Source: an uncultured Chloroflexia bacterium (lineage in GTDB: Bacteria; Chloroflexota; Dehalococcoidia; DSTF01; JALHUB01). Taken from it: DNA of 64,000 bases. Each line of letters starts with the position of its first letter. The first letter of the stretch is position 1. Below the pieces are notes generated by a model. It searched no databases. It was not told the DNA's origin and saw only the letters and a list, made by a program, of their open reading frames with translations. The DNA is taken from assembly GCA_963726245.1 (NCBI GenBank), contig CAVSBT010000015.1, positions 128,001 to 192,000 on the forward strand, written 5' to 3'. Below are positions 1-10,223 of this stretch, one piece after another. A program made the position numbers and the translations under genes.

Positions 1-8
1 TCGCGGCC

Positions 9-1016
9 ATGCTGGCGCGTATCGAGGATCGCGTCAAGCAGGTATATCAGACCAAGAACGAAGTCGCGCTCCTCACGTCGGGCGGTACCGGCGCCATGGA
101 GGCCATCGTCGTCAACACCCTCTCGCCCGGCGACCACGTCCTCGGCGTCTCCATCGGGTCCTTCGGCGACCGCCTGGCGTCTATCGCTGAGACGTACGGC
201 GCCGACGTGGTGCGCATGAAGGTCGACTGGGGCAAGGCTGCCGACGCCGCGGAGATCGACAAGGCCCTGGCCGCCGACCCGAAGGTCAAGGCCGTACTGG
301 TGACGCACAACGAGACCTCCACCGGCGTCACCAACGACTTGGAGAGCATCGCCCGCGCCGTCCGCAAGCACGGCGACATCCTGATCCTGGTGGACGCCGT
401 CAGCAGCCTGAGCTCAATCCCGCTGCCCGTGGACGAGTGGGACCTGGACGCGGTGGCCAGCGGCTCGCAGAAGGGGTGGATGGTGCCGCCCGGCGTTACC
501 ATGGTCTCCATGAGCGACCGCGCGTGGGCGGCCTACAAGCAGGCGAAGATGCCGCGCTTCTACTTCGACGTTGGCAAGTCGCTGGACTACTCCAAGAATG
601 GCCAGACACCCTGGACGCCGGCCGTTTCCATCTTCTTCGGCCTGGACGTGGCGCTGGACATGCTCCTGAAGGAAGGCATGGAGAAGGTCTTTGCCCGGCA
701 CAAGAGGTGCGCCGACCTGGCCAGGGAAGGGTCGAAGAGCCTCGGGCTCCAGCTCTTCGCCGACGAGCGCTACGCCTCGAACACCGTCACCGCCGTGAAG
801 GTGCCGGAGGGCGTCGATGGGAAAGCGCTCAACAAGATGCTGCGCGAAGAGTACGATACCGTGATCGGCGGCGGCCAGCAGCACCTGGCCGGAAAGATCT
901 TCCGCATCGGCCACCTGGGTTGGGTGCACGAAGCGGACATCGAGAAGACGATAGAGGTCATCGCCAAGGCGCTGCCGAGGCTGGGGTACAGCCCCTCGCG
1001 GGCAGCCGCCTCTTAG
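9..1016 (+). CDS. Class V PLP aminotransferase (alanine-glyoxylate/serine-pyruvate family; possible SerC substitute), 5' end truncated by window edge
   Basis: GTGAMEA, HNETSTG, DAVSS and SGSQKG (PLP Lys) motifs; FRIGHLG; directly upstream of serA. Confidence 0.9.
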   Translation: MLARIEDRVKQVYQTKNEVALLTSGGTGAMEAIVVNTLSPGDHVLGVSIGSFGDRLASIAETYGADVVRMKVDWGKAADAAEIDKALAADPKVKAVLVTHNETSTGVTNDLESIARAVRKHGDILILVDAVSSLSSIPLPVDEWDLDAVASGSQKGWMVPPGVTMVSMSDRAWAAYKQAKMPRFYFDVGKSLDYSKNGQTPWTPAVSIFFGLDVALDMLLKEGMEKVFARHKRCADLAREGSKSLGLQLFADERYASNTVTAVKVPEGVDGKALNKMLREEYDTVIGGGQQHLAGKIFRIGHLGWVHEADIEKTIEVIAKALPRLGYSPSRAAAS

Positions 1017-1050
1017 TAACGAGGCCCGGCAGCGAACGACGAGAACAGCA

Positions 1051-1086
1051 CCCGCCAGCCCCGAACCTACGGGAGGGGCTGGCGGG
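1051..1086. terminator. Strong intergenic hairpin
   Basis: CCCGCCAGCCCC ... GGGGCTGGCGGG perfect 12-bp stem between the aminotransferase and serA. Confidence 0.5.
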
Positions 1087-1102
1087 CCTTTAAGGGGGCG
1101 CC

Positions 1103-2683
1103 ATGCCAAAGGTACTCGTCAGCGACCCCATCGCACAGGACGGAATCGATGCCCTGGTCCCCCACGCCCAGGTGGACGTGCGGACGGGGCTCCCGCCGGA
1201 GGAGCTAATCGCCATCATCGGCGAGTACGACGCGCTCGTCGTGCGCAGCGAGACCAAGGTGACCGCGGAGGTCATCGAGGCGGGCAAGAAGCTCCAGGTC
1301 ATCGGCCGGGCGGGCGTGGGAGTGGACAACATCGATATCCAGGCCGCTACCCGCCGCGGCGTCATCGTCGTCAACGCCCCTTTGGGGAACACCGTCTCCG
1401 CCGCCGAGCACACCATTGGCCTCATGCTGGCCCTGGCACGCCACATCCCCGCCGCCAGCGCCTCGCTCAAGGAGGGCCGCTGGGAGCGCAAGCGCTTCCT
1501 GGGCATCGAGGTGCGGGGCAAGACGATGGGCATCATCGGTCTCGGTCAGGTGGGCTCCGAGGTGGCCCGTCGCGCCCGGGGGCTGGAGATGCTGGTCCTG
1601 GGCTACGACCCCTTCGTCTCCGAGGAGCGGGGTCATGTCCTGGGTGTGGAGATAGTCTCCTTCGAAGACCTCCTGAAGCGGGCCGATTTCATCAGCCTTC
1701 ACACGACACTCACGGCGGACACTCGCTCCCTAATCGGCGAGGAGCAGCTCAAGCTGGTCAAGCCTTCGGCGCGCATCATCAACACGGCCCGCGGCCCGCT
1801 CATCGACGAGGAAGCCCTCTGCCGGGCCATCGACGAGGGGCGGCTGGCCGGCGCAGCCATCGACGTCTTCGCCCAGGAGCCGCCGCCCCCCGACAGCCCC
1901 CTCCTCAAGAACGACCGTATCCTGGTGACGCCGCACCTGGGTGCCTCCACCACCGAGGCCCAGGAGCGCGTGGCGGTTGACGTGGCCGAGCAGATCGTCG
2001 CGATCTTCAAGGGCGAGCCCGCGCTCTACGCCGTGAACGCTCCGCTCATCGCGGCGGAGACCATGTCGGTGATCGCGCCCTACCTGGAGGTGGCGGTGAA
2101 GACGGCCTCGCTGGCGACCCAGCTTAGCGAGGGGCAGCTAGGGAAGATCGAGATCGAGTACCTGGGGGAGATCGCCAACCTCGACGTGACGCCCTTGAAG
2201 GCGGCTGTCATCCGCGGCCTCCTGTCGCCCGTCAGCGAAGAGAACGTCACCATCGTCAACGCCAACCTGGTGGCGGAGCACCGCGGGCTCCGCATCACTG
2301 AGCGCAAAGGCCCCTACGAGGGCATATACGCCAACCTCATCAGCGTCCGCCTCACCACCACGGCGGGGACGACGACGGTGGCCGGGACGATGGCTCACGA
2401 CGGCCCCCACGTGGTGTCCCTCAACGACTACTGGGTCGATATCCCACCGGACGACGTCTACCTGCTGATCTGCGAGAACGAGGACCGGCCCGGCATCATC
2501 GGGTTCATCGGTTCCTACCTGGGCCAGCACGACGTGAACATCAGCTTCATGCGCGTCGGCCGGGAGAAGGTCAGGGGCCGCGCCGTCATGGTCCTGGGCC
2601 TGGACGACTCGGTAACGGCAGCCCAACTCGAGGAGATCCAGCGCCTTCCCCACATCTTCTCTGCCCGCCTGGCGAGGATATAG
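1103..2683 (+). CDS. serA: D-3-phosphoglycerate dehydrogenase (long form with ASB and ACT domains)
   Basis: RAGVGVDNID, GLGQVG, NTARG, TPHLGAST; C-terminal ACT (DRPGIIG). Confidence 0.96.
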   Translation: MPKVLVSDPIAQDGIDALVPHAQVDVRTGLPPEELIAIIGEYDALVVRSETKVTAEVIEAGKKLQVIGRAGVGVDNIDIQAATRRGVIVVNAPLGNTVSAAEHTIGLMLALARHIPAASASLKEGRWERKRFLGIEVRGKTMGIIGLGQVGSEVARRARGLEMLVLGYDPFVSEERGHVLGVEIVSFEDLLKRADFISLHTTLTADTRSLIGEEQLKLVKPSARIINTARGPLIDEEALCRAIDEGRLAGAAIDVFAQEPPPPDSPLLKNDRILVTPHLGASTTEAQERVAVDVAEQIVAIFKGEPALYAVNAPLIAAETMSVIAPYLEVAVKTASLATQLSEGQLGKIEIEYLGEIANLDVTPLKAAVIRGLLSPVSEENVTIVNANLVAEHRGLRITERKGPYEGIYANLISVRLTTTAGTTTVAGTMAHDGPHVVSLNDYWVDIPPDDVYLLICENEDRPGIIGFIGSYLGQHDVNISFMRVGREKVRGRAVMVLGLDDSVTAAQLEEIQRLPHIFSARLARI

Positions 2684-2703
2684 CCCCACCCCCCGCCGCG
2701 CCC

Positions 2704-2772
2704 CAGGAACCAGGAACAAGGAACCAGGAACCAGAGAAAGTGGACGTTCCCTGGTTCCCGGTTCCAGGTTCC
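2704..2772. repeat. Heptamer tandem-repeat palindrome, (C/A)AGGAAC x4 then GTTCC-core units
   Basis: caggaac caggaac aaggaac caggaac ... ttccctg gttcccg gttccag gttcc between convergent serA and DUF1015. Confidence 0.85.
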
Positions 2773-4085
2773 TATTCCAGCGGGTACATCACGAGGCCGG
2801 TGGCCAGCTTGGGGTAGAAGAAGGTGGACTTCTGGGGCATGCGCTCGCCGGCGTCGGCGACGGCAAGAATCTGTTCGACCGGCGTGGGGTTGACCAGAAA
2901 GGCCAGCGGCGCCCGGCCGGAAGCGACGGTCTCCAGTGCCTCGACGGCGTCCTCCGTGTATTCCAAAGCGTCGCCGCGGGCGAGGCGGGCGGCGTCGATG
3001 CCCAACAGCCCCTCGAGCACCGCGTACTGGAGGAGGGCCACGTCCAGGGCGCGCCAGGCGGGCGGCGCGCCGGGCGGCAGGGAGGCGCGCAGGGCCTCGA
3101 CGTCGCGGGGCCGCAGCAGGCGCAGGCCGCTGGGGCCGGGCCCCACAGCGACGTAGGCCGGCCCCCGGTGAGCGGCCTCGGCGAGGCGGGCCAGCGCGTC
3201 GCGCAAGGGGGCCCCGCTGCCAAGGGGGCCGAGGTCCTCCACCAGGAAGAGCGCTTCGAAGCGGGCCGGAAGATCGTCGGGGACGGCGGTCAGGAGGACC
3301 ACGCGGTGAATGGGTAGCACCACCAGTCCGGCGTCCTCGGCGGCGGTGAGCGCCATGAAGGCGAAGTTCTCCGGCTCCTCGCCGCTCCAGTCAGGCGTGC
3401 GCCTCTCGTCCCGATAGGCGAGGGCCGTCTCGTAGCGATGGTGGCCGTCGGCGACGTACAGCGTGCGGTCACGGAAGAGGTCGCGGATGGCCTCCACGGA
3501 CGCCCCGTCGGCGACGCCGTAGAGGGTGTGCGTCTCGCCGCCGGGCTCGCTGGCCTGGGCCAGGGGCGCCTTTCCGACAGCCTCGCTGATGGCTGTCAAG
3601 CGGCGGCGGTCGGCGTCTCGGTAGAGGGCGAAGACGGGGCTGAAGCTCGTGCGGCAGTGACGGAGGAGCTGCAGGCGGTCCTCCTTGGGCGCCGTCAGGG
3701 TGTGCTCGTGAGGGCGCACCACGCCCTTCTCCCAGGGCTCCAGCCTGACCCCCGCCAGCAGCGAGCGACGGCGCAGGAGACGGCCTTCGCGGAAGAACTC
3801 CTGGTCGTAGACGTAGAAGGCGGGCTTCGGGTCGATGGCCAGGACGCCATCCGCCAGCCAGCGGCCGAGCGTGGCGGCGGCGCGAGTGTAGCGGTTGTCC
3901 TGGGGGGAATCGCCGGGTCGTTCGTCGGCCAGCTCCAGGCGGATGACGTTAGCCGGGTGGCGTCGCAGCAGGAAGCGCTGCGCCTCGGGCGAGACGACGT
4001 CGAAGGGGGGAGCGAGCAGGTCGGCGGGGTTGGCCGCGACCCCCGGTCGGTAGCGCAGGCCTCGGAAGGGGCGGACGTCAGCCAC
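2772..4085 (-). CDS. DUF1015 family protein
   Basis: [38 protein letters not shown]-terminal [11 protein letters not shown]. Confidence 0.9.
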   Translation of the reverse strand: MADVRPFRGLRYRPGVAANPADLLAPPFDVVSPEAQRFLLRRHPANVIRLELADERPGDSPQDNRYTRAAATLGRWLADGVLAIDPKPAFYVYDQEFFREGRLLRRRSLLAGVRLEPWEKGVVRPHEHTLTAPKEDRLQLLRHCRTSFSPVFALYRDADRRRLTAISEAVGKAPLAQASEPGGETHTLYGVADGASVEAIRDLFRDRTLYVADGHHRYETALAYRDERRTPDWSGEEPENFAFMALTAAEDAGLVVLPIHRVVLLTAVPDDLPARFEALFLVEDLGPLGSGAPLRDALARLAEAAHRGPAYVAVGPGPSGLRLLRPRDVEALRASLPPGAPPAWRALDVALLQYAVLEGLLGIDAARLARGDALEYTEDAVEALETVASGRAPLAFLVNPTPVEQILAVADAGERMPQKSTFFYPKLATGLVMYPLE

Positions 4086-4218
4086 GGGGTCGCCTCCCGT
4101 CCGCGCGCTGGTCTCTCCCGCCCTTCGGCCCGCGTTGACGCAACGTCGGGGCCTCCCTAGAATGACCGCGATTCGCCGTCGTAAGGAGGCCGGGGCCTCC
4201 GCGCCTGAATGCCTGCCT

Positions 4219-4542
4219 GTGACCCGCTACTGCACCTTCTGCCAGATCGTCGCCCATCAGGAGCCCGCCGACATCCTCTACGAGGACGAAGAGGTGGTGG
4301 TCTTCCGCAACCGCCTGCGCTGGGTGCCGGTGATGCTCGTCGTGGTCCCGCGCAGGCACGTGACTCAGGAGGAGCTCTGGCGCGACGTGGGACGCGTGGG
4401 CGAGGTCGCTGTGCAGATGGGGCTCACTCACTGCCCGAAGGGCTTCCGGCTCGTTTCCAACCTGGGTCCCGATGCCATGCAGAGCCAGCAGCACGGGCAC
4501 GTCCACGTCCTTGGGGGCACGTTCCTCGGCGAGTACGCGTAG
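4219..4542 (+). CDS. HIT family nucleotide hydrolase
   Basis: CTFC N-terminus, GFRLVSN, HGHVH histidine triad; GTG start inferred. Confidence 0.85.
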   Translation: MTRYCTFCQIVAHQEPADILYEDEEVVVFRNRLRWVPVMLVVVPRRHVTQEELWRDVGRVGEVAVQMGLTHCPKGFRLVSNLGPDAMQSQQHGHVHVLGGTFLGEYA

Positions 4543-4547
4543 AGCCC

Positions 4548-5305
4548 TCACCCTTCCGCAGGGATGCCGATCTTGGCCGAGGGCCCGCTTCTGTGCCTTG
4601 AACAGGCCCTGTATGCCCTCCCGAGCCAGGGCGAGCAACTCATCCATCATCTCTCTTGAGAAGGGGTTGCCCTCGGCGGCGCCCTGGACCTCCACGAAGC
4701 GCCCGTCGTCGGTCATGACCACGTTAAAGTCGACCTCGGCCTGGGAATCCTCCTCGTAGCAGAGGTCGAGCAAGGCAACGTCCCCTACCAGCCCCACGCT
4801 TGCGGCGGCGACGGCTCCCTTCACCGGCAGCGACGACACGTGTCCCTTTGCCACCAGCGTCTGCAGGGCCTGACAGAGCGCCACGTAGGAGCCGGTGATG
4901 GCCGCCGTCCGGGTGCCGCCGTCGGCCTGGATCACGTCGCAGTCCACGACGAAGGTGCGCTCGCCGAGGAGGTCGAGGTTGGCGACGGCGCGCAGCGAGC
5001 GGCCGATGAGACGCTGGATCTCCTGACTGCGCCCCGCCTGGCGGCCGGTAACGGCCTCGCGAGGGCGTGCGCGTGGCGGTGGAACGGGGCAGCATGCCGT
5101 ACTCGGCGGTGATCCAGCCGCTGCCCGTGCCGCGCAGGAACTGGGGGAGCCGGTCCTCGATGCTGACGGCGCAGAGCACCATCGTGGTCCCCAGCTCGAT
5201 AAGGGCCGAGCCCTCGGCGTGCGCCAGGTACCCGCCGGTGATGCGTACCGGCCGCATCTCGTTGCGACGGCGTCCGTCCTTGCGCTGAAAGGGGCTAGCG
5301 GCCAT
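4548..5305 (-). CDS. rph: Ribonuclease PH (two apparent frameshifts, near 5062 and 4577)
   Basis: [24 protein letters not shown] in one frame; [34 protein letters not shown] in the next. Confidence 0.93.
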
Positions 5306-5359
5306 GAGACCTCTTCGAACCTGAGGGCGGTGACGCGGTGAGGGGAGTATAGCACCCCC

Positions 5360-7814
5360 TCAGGGGGGCGGGGAAGCGGTGGGGGAGGGGGTCGCCGCCC
5401 TGTCCACCTCCACCCACAGGTGCTCGCCGTCCGTCGATAGCTTGACGCGGCCGTTCAGGTCCGTGCGGTAGACCTGGCTGTCCGCCAGCCGCGCCAGCAC
5501 CTGCGGCGAGGGCTGACCGTAGGTGTTGTCCGCGCCCACGGAGATGACGGCGACGGCCGGATCGACGGCGGCCAGCAGTGAGGCGCTGGTGGCGTTGGCG
5601 GCGCCGTGGTGGGGCACCTTGAGCACCGTGGACCGCAGATCCTCGCCCTCGTTGAGCAGGGCCTCCTCGCCCGCCTTCTCCAGGTCGCCGGGGAGGAGGA
5701 AGCTCACGCCGCCCCACGTCAGGCGGAGGACGACCGAGTTGTTGTTCAGCCTGTCGTCGCGGCCCTGAACGGGCTCCGCCGGCGGGCCCAGCACCTCCAG
5801 GCGGGCGCCGTCGCCGAGGTCGAACCACTCGCCGGGGGCGGCCTCGTCGTAAGGGGCGCCTTCGCGCTCCGACGGCCTGACGCCAGGCGTCGTACTCCGC
5901 CGAGTCGCTCTGAACCGGGCCGGCGAGGACGCGCCTCACGTCGTAGCGTTCCAGGACCGTCACGAGCCCGTTGAGGTGGTCCGCCTCCGGGTGGGTGAGC
6001 ACAACCAGGTCGAAGCCCTTGTCCCAGAAGGGCGTCTCGCGGCCGAGGGCCTCGGTGATGGCGCGACTGCTGGGCCCGCCGTCGACCAGGATGCGGTGCC
6101 CGGCCGGGTCCTCGATGAGGATGGCGTCTCCCTGACCCACGTCCATGACGGTCACGGTGAGGTGGTCGCTGGAGGGGGTCAGGGCCGCCCACCAGAGCAG
6201 GCCTCCGGCCAGGGCCAGGCCTCCCGCGAGCCAGGGCGTCGGCACCAGTCGCAGGGGCGTCGCCGCGCGGCGCGCCGGACTCGCCGTAACAGAGAACGCG
6301 CGGCCCAGCAACGCCTGGCCAGGCCTGTCGGGCAGCATCCACCAGACCAGGAGGCCGATGGCGGCGTAGAGGATGACAGCGTGCCCCATGCCGAAGCTGG
6401 GCACTGCGAGCGAGGCCAGCGGCAGGTCGGCCAGGCGGCTCGCCACGGCCACCAGATAGGCCAGGAACGGCCAGGCGGCCCAGGCCCCAATACCTCCCAG
6501 AGGGCCCCAAACGGCGCCCGCCGCCGCGTCGAGGCCGCTCAGGAGGAGCATCAGCGGGAACGCCGGCAGCACCAGCAGGTTGGCCAGAGGCGCTACCAGG
6601 GAGATTCGCTGGAAGTTGAAGGCGATGATGGGCAGGGTCGCGGCTATGGCCGCCAGGGTGACGGACAGGTTCTCCACTGTCATGCCGGCGATGCCTCCCT
6701 GAAGCCGTTCCGACGTGCCGACCAGCGGAGACAGGGCTTGCTGCAGACGAAGTCGAATGGCGGGCGACAGGTACACCAGGCCCACGGTGGCCGCGAAGCT
6801 GAGCTGGAAGGAGACGTCGCGCACGATCAGCGGCTGATGGGCGGTCATGAGGGCCGCCGCCAGGACGATGGCCGTGAGGGCGCTGCCCGGGCGTCCCACC
6901 AGGGTCGCTACCAGGAAGAGGCCGCCCATGATGGCCGCCCTCACCACCGACGGCGTGGCGCCAGTCAGTACGGTATAGGCGGCGATGGCGAGAAGGGCGG
7001 CCAGGGCGGCGTTTCGCCGGCCCAGCAGCCAGCCCAGCGAGCCCAGGACGAGGCCGGCCACCACCGTCACGTTGTAGCCGGAGATAGCGATGAGATGGGA
7101 GAGGCTGGTGCTGTTTAGGGCGTCGGTTAGGGACGGCCCAAGGGCGGAGCGGCTGCCCAGGAGGATGCCCTGAGCCAGCGACGCCTCCGGATCAGGCAGG
7201 GATGCTGCCAGGGCGTCGCTGAGGCGCTGGCGGATGCCGTGGACGACCTCCAGCAGGGGGTTGCCCTGGCCGGACGCCAGCGGGCGGACGTCGGGGTAGT
7301 CCGTCAGGGAGCCGATGCCCTGTCGAGCCAGGTAGTCGCGGTAGTTGAAGTCCTCGAGGACGGGCGGCGTCTCGAGCTTGCCCTCCACCTCCAGCAGGTC
7401 GCCGTAGCGATAGCGGGGCAGCGGGCTGCTGCGCAGGAGGACGCCGCCGGACGTCTCCTCCCAGGCGCCGTCGACCCACACCTCACGCGCCGACAGCCGT
7501 ATGCGGGCCGACGTGCCGCGCTGATCCGGCTCGTCGCTGACCAGAGCGCGAAAGCGCACGGCTGGGCCGTCGTTGTAGGCGGCGATGCCGCCGGGCTCGC
7601 TAGGTGGGCGGGCCTGCTCGTAGCGCCACATGCCTCCGAGGATGAGGAGGCCGGCGGCGAGACCGAGGGCCAGGGGTGCCAGACGGCGCGTCGAGAGGGC
7701 AGCGGCGATGCCCAGACCCGGCCCGAGCAGAGCGAGGGGCCAGGGCGTGCCGGCGGCCAGGGAGGCCGTTACCAGGCCGAGGAGCCAGGCGCCGCCGAGG
7801 TAGACCAGCGTCAA
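5360..7814 (-). CDS. comEC: DNA internalisation competence protein ComEC/Rec2 (frameshift near 5870)
   Basis: [41 protein letters not shown]. Confidence 0.93.
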
Positions 7815-8386
7815 GGCGAGACCGTGATCAAGAGCTTGATCTTCTCGTAGGTGGCGCGAGGGATGAGCTTGCGGGTCACCAGTTCCTCGGTGCTCTGGAA
7901 GAGGCCGCCGGCGGCGCGGGCGTCGACGATGCGGTTGGAGTAGGCCTCGCCGATGCCGGGCAGGGAGTCGAGGTCGGCCGCTGAGGCGGTGTTGATGTCG
8001 ATGGGAGCGTCACTGGCGGAGGCGGGAGTCGCCTGGCCGGCGGCCGGCTGATCTCCGGCTCTCGGCACCACCACCTGATCCTCGTCGTGGACGCGGCGGG
8101 CCAGGTTGAGGGTCACCAGGTCGGCGTCTGGCGACGGCCCGCCGGCCGCCTCCACGGCGTCGACCACGCGGTCGCCGTCGTGCAGGGCATAGACGCCGGG
8201 TGTGGCGACGGCGCCGGTGACGTGCACCATGATCTCGGCATTGGAGGCTGGCGCGTCGCCGACCTGCAGCTCGAGAGGCGGCGGCCCTTCACGATGGCGG
8301 ATGACGAAGAAGATCAGGCCGAGGACGGCGACGACGGCCAGGACAGAGAGTAGAGGGGTTCGGTAGCGTTCGAGCCACGCCGGCAT
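7811..8386 (-). CDS. comEA: ComEA DNA receptor (TM, SLBB and HhH domains)
   Basis: VHVTGAVATPGVY, IDINTAS, LPGIG. Confidence 0.92.
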   Translation of the reverse strand: MPAWLERYRTPLLSVLAVVAVLGLIFFVIRHREGPPPLELQVGDAPASNAEIMVHVTGAVATPGVYALHDGDRVVDAVEAAGGPSPDADLVTLNLARRVHDEDQVVVPRAGDQPAAGQATPASASDAPIDINTASAADLDSLPGIGEAYSNRIVDARAAGGLFQSTEELVTRKLIPRATYEKIKLLITVSP

Positions 8387-8573
8387 GGGCCTCCCCGCCT
8401 TCGCTACCTGGCCCGCCCCCGGCAGGCACAGCGTCCACCGTCGGCCCGAAGGCCGCCAATACTTAATACTGCTGCGGCGGCTTCGTCAAGAGGTGAGGGG
8501 GACAAGGGCCAGGCGTCGCTGCCCATGGCTTGGATGACCTGTCAGTCGATGACACGCATCCGATAATAGACAC

Positions 8574-10118
8574 GTGAGTACGACGGCAGTGCGACCCGCC
8601 TCGGTGCTGAGATCATCAGTGGCCACCAGGGCTCTTGTGTATGCCCCCGTCCTGCTCGCGGTGGTGCTGGTCGTGCTGTTCCAGTTGCCGTTCATCCACG
8701 AGCCGATGGAGGACGACGAAGGGGTCTACTTCACGGTGGCGGCTTCCGGTGATCTCCCGTACGTCAGCGCCTTCGATCACAAGCCTCCCGTTATCTATGG
8801 CTGGTACCGGCTGGCTCTGCTCCTGAATCGCGGCGTCGCCTCGGCAGCGCTGGTGCACGGGATGGCTGCCGCGCTGCTGGCGTTGACGGCGCTGGCCGCG
8901 TACGCGACAGGTCGGGCTATCGCCAACCATCGCCTTGGGGTGCTCGCAGCCCTTGCGTTTAGCCTCTTCACGGCGGACCAGTATTTGCAGTTCAACGCCA
9001 ACACTGAGGCGTTCGGACTGCTGCCGCTGTCGCTCTCCTTGCTGATGTTCGTCGTCGGCTGGCGGCGGGGCGGCGCTGGCTGGTTTGCGCTGGCCGGCGT
9101 CTTCGGCGCCCTGGCCGCTCTCACCAAGACAAGCATGGCCTTCAACATACTGGCGCTGCTTGCCTTTCTCGCCTGGATGGGGTTGGAGCGCGAGCGGCCC
9201 TGGCGGGCCATTTCGATTGCCTCAACGGCAGTGGTCGCTGGCGCGGGCGCTGTTGCGGGCTTGGCCGTGTTGCCTTGGGTCGTGGCGGGTCACTTCAGCG
9301 ACTTCTGGTTCGCCAACGTCACCTACAACCTGAAGTATGGGGCGATGTTGGGGTCCGCCCGCGTATTGAACGTAGCACAGGTGCAACAGGCGGCGATAAC
9401 AGGTGGCCTGATCCTGTGGCTGCTGGCGGTCATAGGCGGCGTGGCAGGGCGATTGCCGCGGAACATGAAGCTATTGACGCTACTCTGGCTGGCTGGGTCC
9501 TTCGTGGGCGTCTCCTGGACGGGGGAACAGTTCGGACACTACTACGTCCAGCTCATTCCCGGCGCCGACCTGCTCGTCGCGGTTGCTCTTATGTGGTTCG
9601 CCTCGCGGTGGTCGGAGTTTCGCTTTCGACTGCGCACGTACGTGGTGATGGTGCCCGTGGTGAGCGTCACGCTGCTCTCGCTTTCGTTGGTGTACCTGGC
9701 CTCGGACGTGGGCACCGCTCACGTCATCAAGTACGGAGACGCAGTGTACGCAAGGCGCAACGCCGCGGCGGACGTAGTAGCGGAACGCGTGGTCGCCCTG
9801 ACCAGAGATGGAGACACCATCTACAACCTGGGCTGGGAGTCTGAGCTCTATGCGCTGACGGGCCGCGCTCCTGCGGCACGCGTGTTCCGCATATCGAATG
9901 TCGGTGTCGCTCCTGAGCTTCTTGATGAGGTTCTTGCCGACCTGGAAGCGGCGCCGCCTGCTCTGATCGCCGACTCTTCGTTTGAAGTCGGTCCAGGCGG
10001 CGATCGGTACAGCAGGCTACCAAGGTCGGTCAAGGAAGCGTTCGGCTCGTTCATCAGCACACACTACGAGTTCGTCGAGACCGTCGAGTTCGCCGATATC
10101 TATCGCCTTCGTGACTGA
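8574..10118 (+). CDS. GT-C fold membrane glycosyltransferase (ArnT/PMT_2, GT39/GT83-like)
   Basis: DDEGVY after TM1, FDHKPP, many TM helices, FGHYY. Confidence 0.8.
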   Translation: MSTTAVRPASVLRSSVATRALVYAPVLLAVVLVVLFQLPFIHEPMEDDEGVYFTVAASGDLPYVSAFDHKPPVIYGWYRLALLLNRGVASAALVHGMAAALLALTALAAYATGRAIANHRLGVLAALAFSLFTADQYLQFNANTEAFGLLPLSLSLLMFVVGWRRGGAGWFALAGVFGALAALTKTSMAFNILALLAFLAWMGLERERPWRAISIASTAVVAGAGAVAGLAVLPWVVAGHFSDFWFANVTYNLKYGAMLGSARVLNVAQVQQAAITGGLILWLLAVIGGVAGRLPRNMKLLTLLWLAGSFVGVSWTGEQFGHYYVQLIPGADLLVAVALMWFASRWSEFRFRLRTYVVMVPVVSVTLLSLSLVYLASDVGTAHVIKYGDAVYARRNAAADVVAERVVALTRDGDTIYNLGWESELYALTGRAPAARVFRISNVGVAPELLDEVLADLEAAPPALIADSSFEVGPGGDRYSRLPRSVKEAFGSFISTHYEFVETVEFADIYRLRD

Positions 10119-10223
10119 GGCCGCACGCGTCGGACGGCCGCCATCATGAAGCCTCTCCCTATCCGTTGAGACTCCGATCACCTGTGCTATACTAGCGGCA
10201 CCAAACGGGGAAGGCGTCCGTCC

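Noticed and set aside
2704-2772. CRISPR array (also 36657-36730)
   Set aside because: Units are 7-8 nt with no spacers, and there are no cas genes.
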